In this document: positions 38,938 through 49,496 of the stretch, piece by piece | Position numbering within the stretch: the first letter of the stretch is position 1 | Layout of the letters: each line of letters opens with the position of its first letter | NCBI GenBank assembly: GCA_963743305.1 | Contig: CAVUPH010000017.1 | Span: forward strand, 1 to 64,000 | Source of the DNA: an uncultured delta proteobacterium | Lineage (GTDB): Bacteria > Desulfobacterota > RBG-13-43-22 | Reading direction: 5' to 3' | Length of the DNA: 64,000 nt | Notes under the pieces: generated by a model | What the model was told of the DNA's origin: nothing | What the model saw: only the letters and a program-made list of their open reading frames with translations | The model's database searches: none | Made by a program: the position numbers and the translations under genes

Positions 38938-39966
38938 CTAGCCGATTTTTAGCACCTTGGCCCCCCGGATCTTTCTTTCCTTCAGCTCCAACAGGGCCGT
39001 ATTGGCTTCTTCCAGTTTATATTCCTGAACCACCGGACGGAGGGGGATCGCTGCCGCCAGGGCCAGGAATTCTTCCACATCCTTCCGGGCCACGTTGGCC
39101 ACGCTTTTAATCTCTTTTTCCAGCCAAAGGTGTCGAGGATAATCCAGCTTCAAAAGTTCGTTCTTGTCCGCTTCTTCTTTTCGAATGGCATTGACCACCA
39201 GTCGGCCGCCGGGTTCCAGGTTTTTCAGGGCTTCGAGGAGGGGCTTCCAGGCCGGCGTGGTGTCGATGGCGGCCTGTAGTTTCTCCGGGCATTCCTCTTC
39301 GATACCCCCGGCCCAAACCGCGCCCAGTTCCCGGGCAAAACTTTTTTCCTTGTCCATCCGGGCAAAGACAAAGACCTTGGTCTTGGGGTAGGCCCGGCGG
39401 ACCATTTTCAGCACCAGGTGGGCCGAAGCGCCAAAGCCCACCAGCCCCAGGTTCTGCCCGTCCCGGATGCCGGTTAAACGGAGGGAGCGATAGCCGATGG
39501 CCCCGGCGCACAAGAGGGGCGCCGCCTCCACATCCGAAAAAGCCTCGGGAATCGGGTAGGCGAAGGGTTCCGGAACGGTCAGGTATTCCGCATAGCCGCC
39601 GTGGGCGTCCCTGCCGGTGGCTCTAAATTGACTACATAAATTTTCATTTCCACTGAGGCAAAACGAACATGCTCCACAGGCCGAATAGATCCAGGCCACT
39701 CCCACCCGATCATGGATAGCAAACCGAATGGCCCCGGCCCCGGATCCGGCTACCCGTCCCACTACCTGATGGCCTAAAATAATCGGCAAACGCGGCGGGG
39801 GGGTCCGTCCTTCGATCTCGTCCAGCTCGGTATGGCACACCCCGCAGGCGGACACCTTGATCAACAATTCTCCCGGCCCCGGCACCGGGTCCGGCCAATC
39901 CATCAATACCAGCGGAGCCCGGTTTTTCCGGATATCGCCCAGTTCTTTCAAAATCATGGCTTTCAT
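38938..39966 (-). CDS. Zinc-dependent alcohol dehydrogenase family protein
   Basis: CGVCHTE, GHQ, C..C..C.......C, LLCAG, GFGAS. Confidence 0.92.
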   Translation of the reverse strand: MKAMILKELGDIRKNRAPLVLMDWPDPVPGPGELLIKVSACGVCHTELDEIEGRTPPPRLPIILGHQVVGRVAGSGAGAIRFAIHDRVGVAWIYSACGACSFCLSGNENLCSQFRATGRDAHGGYAEYLTVPEPFAYPIPEAFSDVEAAPLLCAGAIGYRSLRLTGIRDGQNLGLVGFGASAHLVLKMVRRAYPKTKVFVFARMDKEKSFARELGAVWAGGIEEECPEKLQAAIDTTPAWKPLLEALKNLEPGGRLVVNAIRKEEADKNELLKLDYPRHLWLEKEIKSVANVARKDVEEFLALAAAIPLRPVVQEYKLEEANTALLELKERKIRGAKVLKIG

Positions 39967-40520
39967 GGCGAGATCCGTTTCGAGCAAAGCTCGGCCACGG
40001 ATTGCACTTGGGCGAAGAGCCCGTGAAGGGAGGCCAGAAAGGCCGTTTGGACGTCTTCCGCCGGTATGGTTACCCCGCCGAAGGATAAGTCTTTGGTAGC
40101 GCAGGCGTCCCGGGCGAGAAAGCACTCGAAGCCCAGATCGGCAGCGGCCCGGGTGGTGGAATCGACGCACATATGGGTCATCATCCCCCCGATGACCAGT
40201 TGCCCGACGTCGCCCTTCCGAAGATGGTCGAGTAAGGGGGTCCCTCGAAAGCTGTTGGGAAAATTTTTTTGGATCACGATCTCGTCTGCGCCAGGGGCCA
40301 CGCTCGAATGGATTTCGACCCCGCGGGTGTGGGGCAGGAAAAAGGCAGCCCCCGGGCGAGTGGATATATGCTGAATGTGAATGACGGGAAGGGCTTTCCC
40401 CCGGAAGGCGTGAAGCAGCTTACCGGCCATGGCGCCGGCCTCGGGGCTGCCGGCCAACTCCATGGCCCCGCCGGGGAAATAGTCGTTTTGGATATCGATG
40501 AGTAACAGGGCTTGATTCAT
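39963..40520 (-). CDS. Isochorismatase/cysteine hydrolase
   Basis: IDIQNDYF, KNFPNSF, GMMTHMCV. Confidence 0.92.
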   Translation of the reverse strand: MNQALLLIDIQNDYFPGGAMELAGSPEAGAMAGKLLHAFRGKALPVIHIQHISTRPGAAFFLPHTRGVEIHSSVAPGADEIVIQKNFPNSFRGTPLLDHLRKGDVGQLVIGGMMTHMCVDSTTRAAADLGFECFLARDACATKDLSFGGVTIPAEDVQTAFLASLHGLFAQVQSVAELCSKRISP

Positions 40521-41035
40521 AGGGAACACCTCCGTTTGATTAGACGAAGCCATTCTTTGCGGATGAGGCCGCTGAACGGGCCGATAAGCCGCCAATACCT
40601 TCGAAAGGAACGCCGGCTGGCCTCCCCCAGGCAGTAAACCCGGGTTTCCGTGGTCAACCGGACGATCCCGTCCGACCCCGGATGGAAGGTCAGGTTCATC
40701 ACGGCCTTGGCCAATCCCGTTTGGTTAAAGCCGATAAAGTCCTCGGGGGAAAGAGATTGGATCTGGGGTGAACGGCTCCAAAAACGTCCGATCAGCCCCA
40801 GAACGATTTCCCGTTCAGCATCCTCCGCCAAAACCACAAACCCCCACTTCACCATTCCTTCCAGAGTCAGATTGGCTTCAGGCAGCCCGCGTAAACGAAA
40901 GAGCCCGCGGGCTATCCAGGACGCCCGCAAGTCCAGAGAGCGGGCCGCCTCGTAAACCCGGGGGAGGGGTGCCTGAATATCAATCCCATATTGGGCGCGG
41001 ACATCGTAACGGGGCAAATAATGATCGATCCACAT
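40517..41035 (-). CDS. Hypothetical protein (DUF2867-like)
   Basis: ATGA-coupled in operon; TETRV..F.RYW..IGPFSG.IR. Confidence 0.7.
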   Translation of the reverse strand: MWIDHYLPRYDVRAQYGIDIQAPLPRVYEAARSLDLRASWIARGLFRLRGLPEANLTLEGMVKWGFVVLAEDAEREIVLGLIGRFWSRSPQIQSLSPEDFIGFNQTGLAKAVMNLTFHPGSDGIVRLTTETRVYCLGEASRRSFRRYWRLIGPFSGLIRKEWLRLIKRRCSL

Positions 41036-41080
41036 ACGATTTGAATTAGTCCTCGGTTCGGACAGCCGATTTCAATGGCC

Positions 41081-42581
41081 TTAGGAGACCAGCCCGGGAG
41101 GGGCGCGGTCAAACCAGGGCCGGGCGCGCTCCAGTTGCCCGGCCAGGCGAAAAAGCGCCGCTTCGTCCCCGAAGCGTCCGACAAAGTGCATCCCGATCGG
41201 CAGCCCGTCCGTATTCCAATGCAACGGGATCGACATGGCCGGTTGGCCGGTTACATTGAATAACGGGGTGTAAGGGATAAAATCAAAGGTCTTGGCGGCC
41301 AGCGGTTTAATGACCTTGGGGGACTTCAACAGCCAGCTCGCGTTGAGCCTTCCGATGAGGCTTCAGCAGCAGACGCTCGCCGCCGGAGGGCTGCAGCGAC
41401 CCCGTGAGCACCGGAGGTTGGGCCAGCGTGGGAGTAAGCAGCAAATCGTATCGTTCGCAGAAGCGGCCGATTTCGCGCGAGGCCACCTGCAGGTGACGCG
41501 AGGCGTTGGCATAATCCGCAGCGCTCAGTGCCCGGCCCAGGAGGCCCAGGGCATAGGTGCCGGCCTCAAAGTCCCCGAGAGACGGGCGATGTTTGGCCAG
41601 GCCCGCTGCCCATTCGATGTCGGCGCGGCACTCGGCGGCCACGATGGTGAGAAAGGCGACGGCAAAGGCCTCTTCGTCAATCCGGGGGGCGTCCTCGATC
41701 AATTCATGGCCAAGCTCCTGCAGCAGACTTACGGTGGACTGCAGGCCCCGGACGCAGTCGGCCTGAACGTTTTTCCCCAGAAAAGGGCGGGAAGTAAAGG
41801 CGATGCGCAGCTTGCCGGGCTCCGTGGTCACTTCATCCAGGAAGGGACGGGCCGGCGGCGGGGCGGGGTAGGGCGCACCGATGTCGGCGCCGGCAGTAGC
41901 GTCCAGCATGGCGGCGCTGTCCCGGACCGTCCGGGTAAGGACGTGTTCCACCACGAATCCCCGCCAGATCTCGCCGGCGTCCGGCCCGGTCGGATTGCGG
42001 CCACGGGTGGGCTTCAACCCGAAGACCCCGCAACAGGAGGCCGGAATACGAATGGACCCGCCCCCGTCGCCCCCACTGGCCAGCGGCACCATACGGGCGG
42101 CCACGGCGGCGGCCGACCCGCCGCTCGAGCCGCCCGGCGAGCGGCGGAGATCCCAGGGGTTAGACGTTACCCCCGTGGCTTCCGGTTCGGTGTAGGGTAC
42201 CAGACCGAACTCCGGAGTGTTGGTCTTGCCTAAAATGATTACTCCCGCCGCCTTGAACCGCTTAACCAGTTCGCTGTCGTGCGTTGCCGGCAGGTTTTTC
42301 AGCAGGCGGTTGCCGTAACCGGTAGGCACCCCGGCCACCGTGGCAATCAGGTCCTTCAAGAGAAAGGGGACTCCGCGGAAGGGGCCGTCCGGCAGTCGGC
42401 CTTGAGCGGCGGTCCGGGCCCGATCATACAGGGTATAGACCACGGCGTTAAGGCGGGGATTATGCCTTTCAATGCGCTGGATCGCCGCTTCGACCAACTC
42501 GGCGGGGGAAACCTGTTTGCTGCGGACCAATTCAGCCAAACCTAAACCGTCGTACTGTTCATATTCCAGAAAACCGTTCAT
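41081..42581 (-). CDS. Amidase signature family enzyme, frameshift at about 41360
   Basis: [22 protein letters not shown]; C-terminus [16 protein letters not shown] in 41081-41329. Confidence 0.9.
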
Positions 42582-42641
42582 TTTGTCCTCCGGGCAACGG
42601 ATGGCGGCAGAGGGTGATGACCAAAAGCAATGGCTATGGGC

Positions 42642-42857
42642 CTATTGATTGGAATCCTTTCGACTTCTCATATATTCGTCGTAGGTGGTGCTGTTCACGC
42701 TGTCCAGGCACTTCTGAACCTCACTTTGGCCGGGATTCCGGTAACATTCCTGGCGTTGTCGCTCCTTCAATCCTTCATACCAGGCCCTGTAGGTACAGCC
42801 TTGACTGCCCAGGCAGGCGACTGCCGCCAATAACAGCAAGGCCATTCTTCTAAACAT
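42642..42857 (-). CDS. Small putative lipoprotein
   Basis: Signal ending SQGC; two further Cys; YDEY.R.R. Confidence 0.6.
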   Translation of the reverse strand: MFRRMALLLLAAVACLGSQGCTYRAWYEGLKERQRQECYRNPGQSEVQKCLDSVNSTTYDEYMRSRKDSNQ

Positions 42858-42964
42858 CGCTGCTCATTTCCTTTAAGAAGTTCGAGTCAGAAAGATTGAT
42901 TTTCTGTTGAAAAGTATGATAAAAATTACGGTATTGTCAAATAAATACTTAAATGAGGACTGTT

Positions 42965-43630
42965 ATGAGCCATTGGCAACACCGGCCGGAAGCGGACTGG
43001 AAAGAATTTCGATTCAATCAGCCCTATGAAAAGGGTTTGAACCGACTCAAAGAGGAGGTGCTGGCCAAAACCGATTTTGACCCGGCCGTTCTCTGGCAGT
43101 GGGGGACCATGCAGGCCATGGCGGTTATCCGGATACTGAAGGCTTGTGAAGCCCGTTGGGGGGCCGATGGCCAACAGGTGGTGGCGGAGGCCTTGAGGCA
43201 GACCGGCCTCGACATCGGGCGGCAGGTACTGAAAAACTCCGCCCGACCCGAATCTATGTCCGAAGCGGAGTTCATCAGTTTTTTTGCTACCGTTATTAAC
43301 CGCGTCGTTTATGCTTCACTGGAGGCCCCGCAGATCGACTCAGCCGACCAGGTCAGCTTCGACATTCTCTGGTGCCCACACCAGGACCACTATCGGGCCT
43401 TTGATTGCCGGGTCCAGCGCTACCTGGTCCAGGGCATGCTGGAGGCCCTGGAGGAAACCGGGCTGGTCCGGGGATTCCAGCTCCGGTTTGACTGCACCAT
43501 CCCGGCCGGGGCCAAAACGTGTCATTTTACAATCTGGCGAGGGAGCGAAGAGGAAGAAAAGGCTTGGACGGAGTATACCCGTCAATTGGAAGCCCAGGCT
43601 CTGCGGCGGGCTTCCGGGGATAAGCAGTAA
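42965..43630 (+). CDS. ATC-hydrolase/V4R-like Cys-containing protein
   Basis: WCPH, DC, TIPAGAKTCHF. Confidence 0.6.
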   Translation: MSHWQHRPEADWKEFRFNQPYEKGLNRLKEEVLAKTDFDPAVLWQWGTMQAMAVIRILKACEARWGADGQQVVAEALRQTGLDIGRQVLKNSARPESMSEAEFISFFATVINRVVYASLEAPQIDSADQVSFDILWCPHQDHYRAFDCRVQRYLVQGMLEALEETGLVRGFQLRFDCTIPAGAKTCHFTIWRGSEEEEKAWTEYTRQLEAQALRRASGDKQ

Positions 43631-43685
43631 ATATCCGCTCTCCTGGGGGCCGGCCTTGGGATAGCTCTGGAAGAGATAATTTCCT

Positions 43686-45263
43686 ATGCCAAACGAATAT
43701 CAAACAACCGATGTGATTATCATCGGCGCCGGGCTGGCCGGGATGATCGCCGCCTGCGCTGCCGAGGCCGAAGGCGCCGGGGTGCTGCTCCTGGACCGCA
43801 GTTCCCTGGGGGTGGGGACCAACTCGGCCCTGTCCAACGGGGTCTTCGCCGGTCCCACCCCCGGTTATTCGGAGGAGGCCTATGTGGAGGACACCCTCCG
43901 GATCGGCCGGGGTCTGAACCGGAGAGCCTGGGTGGAGCAGGTGGCCCGGGAGGCGCCCGGGGCCATCGAATCCCTGAAGGCCTTCGGCCTGGAGATCCAA
44001 CCCTTTAAGGATCATTTTTCCGTCCAGCCCTCCCCTCCCGGCACCATTCCGGGGGTGACCCTGGTGCGGAGGATCGCGGAAAAGGTCAAGACCCTGGATC
44101 GCGTTCGGATTATCAAAGGGTTACAGGTCACCGAAATTTTAACCGGCGATGACCGGGCCCTGGGCGTCAGAGCACTGGACGACCAGGGAAACGAAGAGGC
44201 TTTCTTGGCCCCGGCAATGATCTTGGCGGCCGGCGGCTTCGGCGCCATCTATCTGCGCAACGATAATCAAAAAAGCACGCTGGGACAGGGGATGGCCCTG
44301 GCCGCCCGGGCCGGCCTCGATCTCTGGGATATGGAGTTCGTCCAGTTTTATCCCCTGGTGCTGGCCCAACCCGGGCTCCCCTCCATGCTGCTCTACCCGC
44401 CGTACCCCCGGGAGGCCCGACTGGTCAATCAGGCCGGCCAGGACCTGCTGGAAAAGTTCGGCATTCAGAGCCTCCACGAGGCTATCATGCAACTACGGGA
44501 TGCCTTTTCGGCCAAACTGTTCGAAGAGCTGGAACAGTCGGGTACCGTTTATCTGGACTACCGGGGGGTCCCGGTCGACTCCTGGAACAAGTTCCCCCTG
44601 ATCCTGCTCTCCCGGTTAAAGTATGACTTTCAAAACAATCCCTTCGCCGTCGCCCCGGCGGCCCATTTCTGCATGGGAGGACTGCGAACGGACGGGCGGG
44701 GCCGGACGGATCTGCCGGGCCTTTTTGCCTGCGGGGAAATGGTCTGGGGCCTGCACGGGGCCAATCGTCGGGGAGGCAATGCCCTGACCGAATGCCTGGT
44801 TTCGGGAAGGCTGGCGGGGGCCCAGGCCGCCGTCGAAGCCTTATCTTCCCCTCCACGCCGGAATAGGATGCCTCCCCCAGAGGACGACTTCGTCTATTCC
44901 CCGGTTTCGGCTTTCGAGGAAATACGGGCTTTCCATCAGACCCTCAAAGAAATCGCCTGGCGCCAGGCCGGCGTAGTTCGGAGCCGGAACGGTTTAACCA
45001 AAGGACTGGCCCGGCTCCGGAAATTGGAGGAGGGGTTATCCGGGCTCCAACCCGGGGCCGTTGCGGAGCGAAAACGACTGGAGGACCTGCGCAGCGCCGT
45101 GTTGGTGACCCGGGCCATTTTGACGGCCGGTTTAGCGCGGGAGGAGTCCCGGGGCAGCTTTATCCGGGAAGATTTTCCGGACGAAGATAATCTCCGCTGG
45201 CGGAAAAATTCCCGCCTGACCTACTTGCCGGACAAGAATGACTTTCAACCGGCATCTTCCTAA
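43686..45263 (+). CDS. FAD-dependent oxidoreductase (SdhA/FrdA/NadB family)
   Basis: IIGAGLAG, DMEFVQF, AHFCMGG, HGANR.GGN, ESRG. Confidence 0.88.
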   Translation: MPNEYQTTDVIIIGAGLAGMIAACAAEAEGAGVLLLDRSSLGVGTNSALSNGVFAGPTPGYSEEAYVEDTLRIGRGLNRRAWVEQVAREAPGAIESLKAFGLEIQPFKDHFSVQPSPPGTIPGVTLVRRIAEKVKTLDRVRIIKGLQVTEILTGDDRALGVRALDDQGNEEAFLAPAMILAAGGFGAIYLRNDNQKSTLGQGMALAARAGLDLWDMEFVQFYPLVLAQPGLPSMLLYPPYPREARLVNQAGQDLLEKFGIQSLHEAIMQLRDAFSAKLFEELEQSGTVYLDYRGVPVDSWNKFPLILLSRLKYDFQNNPFAVAPAAHFCMGGLRTDGRGRTDLPGLFACGEMVWGLHGANRRGGNALTECLVSGRLAGAQAAVEALSSPPRRNRMPPPEDDFVYSPVSAFEEIRAFHQTLKEIAWRQAGVVRSRNGLTKGLARLRKLEEGLSGLQPGAVAERKRLEDLRSAVLVTRAILTAGLAREESRGSFIREDFPDEDNLRWRKNSRLTYLPDKNDFQPASS

Positions 45264-45313
45264 CCAGTCCGGTTAGGCGGGGAGCAGGGCAGGCTCATTT
45301 TAAAGAGAGTCTC

Positions 45314-46384
45314 TTACATATTGTGGCGTATGTGCACGACTTCTCCGTCTTTAACCACGTAATCCTTGCCTTCCAGCCGCAACTTGCCTTTGTTTTTGGC
45401 CTGATTCAGCCCGCCCAGTTCAATCAGTTCCTGAAAAGGGATCACCTCGGCCCGGATAAATCCTTTGGCCAAATCGGTATGGATGGCCCCGGCCGCCTCC
45501 ACGGCCGTGGCGCCCTGGCGGATGGTCCAGGCCCGGACTTCATCCTCCCCCACCGTAAAAAAGGAGAGGAGTCCCAGCAGGTCATAAGAGAGGCGGATGG
45601 CCCGATTTCGAAAGAGTTCCTGAAGACCGTATTCTTCCATGAACAGGGTTTTGTCTTCGGACGACAATTCGCTGAGCTCGCTTTCCAAGCGGCCCGGGAG
45701 ATTGATCCGGGCGCTATTTCGGTGGGGGTATTCCAGGTCCGGGGCCTGGCCGTCATCGCCGGTATTCAATACGACCAGCACCGGCTTCAGAGACAAAAGT
45801 CCGTAGCCACGTAGAAGTTTGACTTCCTCGGGGGCCAGGGGGAGGTCGCGAAGAGGCCGCTCGTCCTCCAGACCACTCCTTACCCGTGTCAGGAGTTCTT
45901 TTTCCTTGAGGCCTTGTTCCTTGTCCTGGGCCCCTTTCTTCAGTCCTTCGACCACCCTTTCCTGACGCCGCTCCACGGCCCCTAAATCATGGAGCAGGAA
46001 CTCCGTATCCAAAACGGACAAGTCTCGGGCCGGGTTCAGGGTCCCACCACTGAAAGGAACGGAGGGATTTTCAAAGGCCCGAACCACGTGAATAAAGGCG
46101 TCCATCTGGCCCAGAAGATTAATAAAAGGGCCGGGCAAGCCTTTTTGACTGATCCCCTCCTCCAGCCCGGCAATGTCGGCGTAGGTCACTTTGGCGTAGG
46201 TTCTTTTTAAGGGATTAAAAAGACGAACTAAAGCGTCCAACCGTTCATCCGGTACCTCGGTTAAGGCCGAGTGTACTTCCAGACGTCCGGAGGCAAAAGT
46301 TGATATCGACTTCTGCCCTCCCGACAAGGCCCTGAACAGGGTCGTTTTCCCACTTTGGGGCAATCCAACGATTCCGATTTCCAT
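45314..46384 (-). CDS. ychF: YchF-family ATPase
   Basis: GIVGLP.SGKTT, DIAGL, FFTVG.DEVRAW, IHTDL.KGFIRAE, EGKDY. Confidence 0.9.
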   Translation of the reverse strand: MEIGIVGLPQSGKTTLFRALSGGQKSISTFASGRLEVHSALTEVPDERLDALVRLFNPLKRTYAKVTYADIAGLEEGISQKGLPGPFINLLGQMDAFIHVVRAFENPSVPFSGGTLNPARDLSVLDTEFLLHDLGAVERRQERVVEGLKKGAQDKEQGLKEKELLTRVRSGLEDERPLRDLPLAPEEVKLLRGYGLLSLKPVLVVLNTGDDGQAPDLEYPHRNSARINLPGRLESELSELSSEDKTLFMEEYGLQELFRNRAIRLSYDLLGLLSFFTVGEDEVRAWTIRQGATAVEAAGAIHTDLAKGFIRAEVIPFQELIELGGLNQAKNKGKLRLEGKDYVVKDGEVVHIRHNM

Positions 46385-46392
46385 GAGTTAAC

Positions 46393-46845
46393 TTATTCCC
46401 AACTCGCCACATCCTTGTCTTCTCCCTCTCCACCCGGCTTATCGTCCCGGCCGTAGGAAAAGAGATCATATTCACCGTGGGTGCCCGGGTTCTGATAGTG
46501 GTAGGCTTTCCCCCAGGGATCCAGGGGCACATTTTTTTTCAGGTAAGGTCCTTCCCATTTTTCAACCCCGGGATTGTTAGTCAGGGCGTTCAACCCCTCC
46601 TGAGTGGTGGGATAGGATCCCACATCCAGGCGGTACTGGTCGAGAGCCTGGCCCAAAAGCTCGATTTGGGCTTTGGCTGCCGCCAGTTTCCCCTTGCCCA
46701 GCTTAGGAAAAAGCCGCGGAGCCACCAAAGCCGCCAAAAGGCCGATGATCACCATCACCACCAGCAACTCCACGAGGGTAAAACCTTTTTGGTTCCTTTT
46801 CCGCGTTAATATTTGAATCACAATTTCTCCTTTTTGCTTTAACAA
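46393..46845 (-). CDS. gspG: T2SS major pseudopilin (start uncertain)
   Basis: GFTLVE, YPTT.EGL.AL, W.GPYL, DPWG. Confidence 0.93.
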   Translation of the reverse strand: MLKQKGEIVIQILTRKRNQKGFTLVELLVVMVIIGLLAALVAPRLFPKLGKGKLAAAKAQIELLGQALDQYRLDVGSYPTTQEGLNALTNNPGVEKWEGPYLKKNVPLDPWGKAYHYQNPGTHGEYDLFSYGRDDKPGGEGEDKDVASWE

Positions 46846-47101
46846 ATTTATCCTGAACTATAGCAAGAACCCGAATAAATTCAAATAAAAATCCTAACCG
46901 TACTCCTGGTCAAAAAGGCAATAAACCCTGGCCCACTAGGCCATCAGACAGTAAAATACTGTAAATTAAGCTAGTTCCAATCAAAGGCTTTCGCCGGGGT
47001 GGCGAGTTGTTGAACCTTTTAGGTCAAACGCCACCGCAACAGTCGTTTACTTTTTAATTGTCAATCCTTCTTTTTTTCTTTATAGTTACGGTCTATTAGG
47101 T

Positions 47102-49462
47102 TTGAAAAGCCGTTTTTCGGCTGGCGTTGAACCGGTGATAGGACTTTCGGGCCCTTCAAAAAAACCATCGAAACCGGAAAATCAGAAAAAAAGGCAGCAC
47201 CAGGGGGAGTCGTTTTTGACTACTAGTTTCTCCAGGTTTTTTTCGAACCTGGTTATTTTTTTATTTTTTGCTGGCCTGGGAGTTTTCAATGGAATCGCCC
47301 AAGCCGAGCCGGTTTTGGTCCCGGCTCCTCGATCGATTCCCCCGCGCACTTTAACGCAGGCAGTCGTTCCCAATCCCGGCGATCAGAGCAGCCAACCAGG
47401 TTCGACCGGTGCCCAGGCCGTGCCTCCGGCGGGTTCCCCGATACCGACCTCGCCGGTGCCCGCTTCAGTGCCTCCAACTTCCCCTTCCCCGGTCCCTTCC
47501 CCGGCGGCGCAACCGGGGGTCACTCCACCGCCGGCCCAGCCGGGAGTCCCGTCTTTGCCGCCTGAATCCGGGAAGCCGCCCCTGGCGAGTCCGCCGAGTC
47601 CCCTTCCGGGAGGACCGCCGGTAACCCAGCAACCCCTGCCGTCCGGACCCCGAATGCAGCCGCAACTCCCACCGGCGCAGCCCGGTCAGCCTTCTTCCTT
47701 GAATAGACCGGGTGTCAAGCGGGGCGAGGTCAGCTTTAACTTTGACGACGCCGATGTCTTCTCCGTCATCCAGACCATCTTTGGCGGGGTCCTCAAGGTC
47801 AATTACATTATCGATCCCAAAGTCAAAGGAAGGGTGAATTTTCGATCCGTTTCCCCGGTCCCGAAAGAAGACGTCATGCCTCTGATGGAAGTCATCCTCC
47901 GCCTGAACGGGATCGGGGTGATCGAGGACGGCGGTTTGTATCGAATTATCCCCATCGGCGATATGCCCCGGGAACCGGCGGCGGTCGGGATTGGGCGGGA
48001 TGCGGGGAAAATCACCGTTGCCGGCTTGGGACTGTTGCAGGTAGTCCCGCTGAAATTCATCCCTTCCTCGGAGATGATTCGAGTCCTGACCCCCTTCCTG
48101 TCCACCAACGCGGTTATGGTAGACGTGCCCAAGATCAATTATATTATCATCGTGGACACCGATGCCAACATCAAACGCCTTCTCCAACTGGTGGAAATAT
48201 TCGACAGCGAGCAGCTCAAACAGATCAAACCCCAGGTCTTCGTTTACCCGGTTCGGAACGGAAAGGCCAAGGATGTGGCCGCCCTGCTTCAGCAAATCTT
48301 TTTGGGAGGTTCTAAGTCTCCCACCTCCACTCCTTCCAGACCAACGACTACTCCTGCCAGGCCTACCGGCGCTTATCCTACTCCCGGTCAACCATCCCCC
48401 GCTCCTACGCCCTCGCCGCAGATTTCCCTCGGGACTCCGGGCGGAGGGGAGTCCTTGGTCCTGGACATTACCCGGATCATACCCGACGAGGTGACCAACA
48501 CCATTGTAATATTGGCCACCCCGGATGATTATGCCTTGATGTATGATACCATTCAAAAGATTGATATCGTTCCCCGGCAGGTGATGATCGAGGTGATGAT
48601 CGCCGAAGTAACTCTGGGAGACGACTTACAATTTGGCATTGAGTGGTCACTCAAGAACCAAATCGATAAGGGGTTCGTTAATCTCGGTTTTACTAATACC
48701 AATCTTGACCCCACCAAGCCCGTGGGCTTTACTTTTTTAGGAATTGACCGGACCGGCCTGATCCAGGGGTTTCTGCAGGCCCAGGCTTCGGAATCCAAGG
48801 TGAACGTCTTGGCTTCACCCCATATTCTGGCCGCCGACAATCGGGAAGCGCGCATTCAGATCGGCAACCAGGTGCCCATCGTGACCTCTGAAACGCCGGT
48901 GTCGACCACCGGCACTGTCGGCACCTCTGTTTCCCGAACTATTCAATACAAAGATACGGGGGTCATCCTGAAGATAAAACCCCTGATCAATGAAAGCGGG
49001 GTGGTCAGCCTGGACATTTCTCAGGAAGTCTCGGATTACTTTCTGCAGAACATTTACGGGAGCGATTACCCGGTGATAACCAAAAGGGAGGCCGTCACCA
49101 ACCTGGTGGCCCAGGACGGAGATACCATCGTAATCGGCGGCCTGATTCAGGAGAATTTTAATCGGACCAGGCAAGGCCTCCCCTTATTAAGCAAGATTCC
49201 TCTGCTGGGATGGCTTTTCAGCAATACCTCGGATATTAACAAGAGGACCGAGATTATCATGCTGCTGACCCCCATGGTGGTAAAAAATCCGGAAGAGGCC
49301 AAGAACATGACCAACATCTATATTCACCGGATGCAGGGGCTCAAGAAGGATCTCAAGTTGGAAAAGATGGAATGGTACAAGAAAATCAGCGGCACCACAG
49401 CCGAAAAAGCGCCGGAGCCCTCGCCAAAACCTCAAGAGTACACCCCGCCGGTCACTCCCTAA
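47102..49462 (+). CDS. gspD: T2SS secretin with Pro-rich N-terminal extension (start uncertain)
   Basis: FNF.DAD, IIDPKVKG, RQVMIE..IAEV, IGNQVP, YKDTG..L, IGGLI, IPLLG.LF. Confidence 0.93.
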   Translation: MKSRFSAGVEPVIGLSGPSKKPSKPENQKKRQHQGESFLTTSFSRFFSNLVIFLFFAGLGVFNGIAQAEPVLVPAPRSIPPRTLTQAVVPNPGDQSSQPGSTGAQAVPPAGSPIPTSPVPASVPPTSPSPVPSPAAQPGVTPPPAQPGVPSLPPESGKPPLASPPSPLPGGPPVTQQPLPSGPRMQPQLPPAQPGQPSSLNRPGVKRGEVSFNFDDADVFSVIQTIFGGVLKVNYIIDPKVKGRVNFRSVSPVPKEDVMPLMEVILRLNGIGVIEDGGLYRIIPIGDMPREPAAVGIGRDAGKITVAGLGLLQVVPLKFIPSSEMIRVLTPFLSTNAVMVDVPKINYIIIVDTDANIKRLLQLVEIFDSEQLKQIKPQVFVYPVRNGKAKDVAALLQQIFLGGSKSPTSTPSRPTTTPARPTGAYPTPGQPSPAPTPSPQISLGTPGGGESLVLDITRIIPDEVTNTIVILATPDDYALMYDTIQKIDIVPRQVMIEVMIAEVTLGDDLQFGIEWSLKNQIDKGFVNLGFTNTNLDPTKPVGFTFLGIDRTGLIQGFLQAQASESKVNVLASPHILAADNREARIQIGNQVPIVTSETPVSTTGTVGTSVSRTIQYKDTGVILKIKPLINESGVVSLDISQEVSDYFLQNIYGSDYPVITKREAVTNLVAQDGDTIVIGGLIQENFNRTRQGLPLLSKIPLLGWLFSNTSDINKRTEIIMLLTPMVVKNPEEAKNMTNIYIHRMQGLKKDLKLEKMEWYKKISGTTAEKAPEPSPKPQEYTPPVTP

Positions 49463-49496
49463 CGGAAATTCGTTTTCATTAAATAAATTTCGGTTA
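49461..49496. terminator. Hairpin between convergent gspD and gspC-like genes
   Basis: AACGGAAATT..AATTTCGGTT. Confidence 0.4.

Noticed and set aside
47465-48556. 363-aa minus-strand ORF
   Set aside because: Shadow of gspD
49459-49494. Apparent overlap of the gspC-like ORF with gspD
   Set aside because: Probably caused by a homopolymer frameshift near 49725; the Pro/Ser-rich frame ends at 49494
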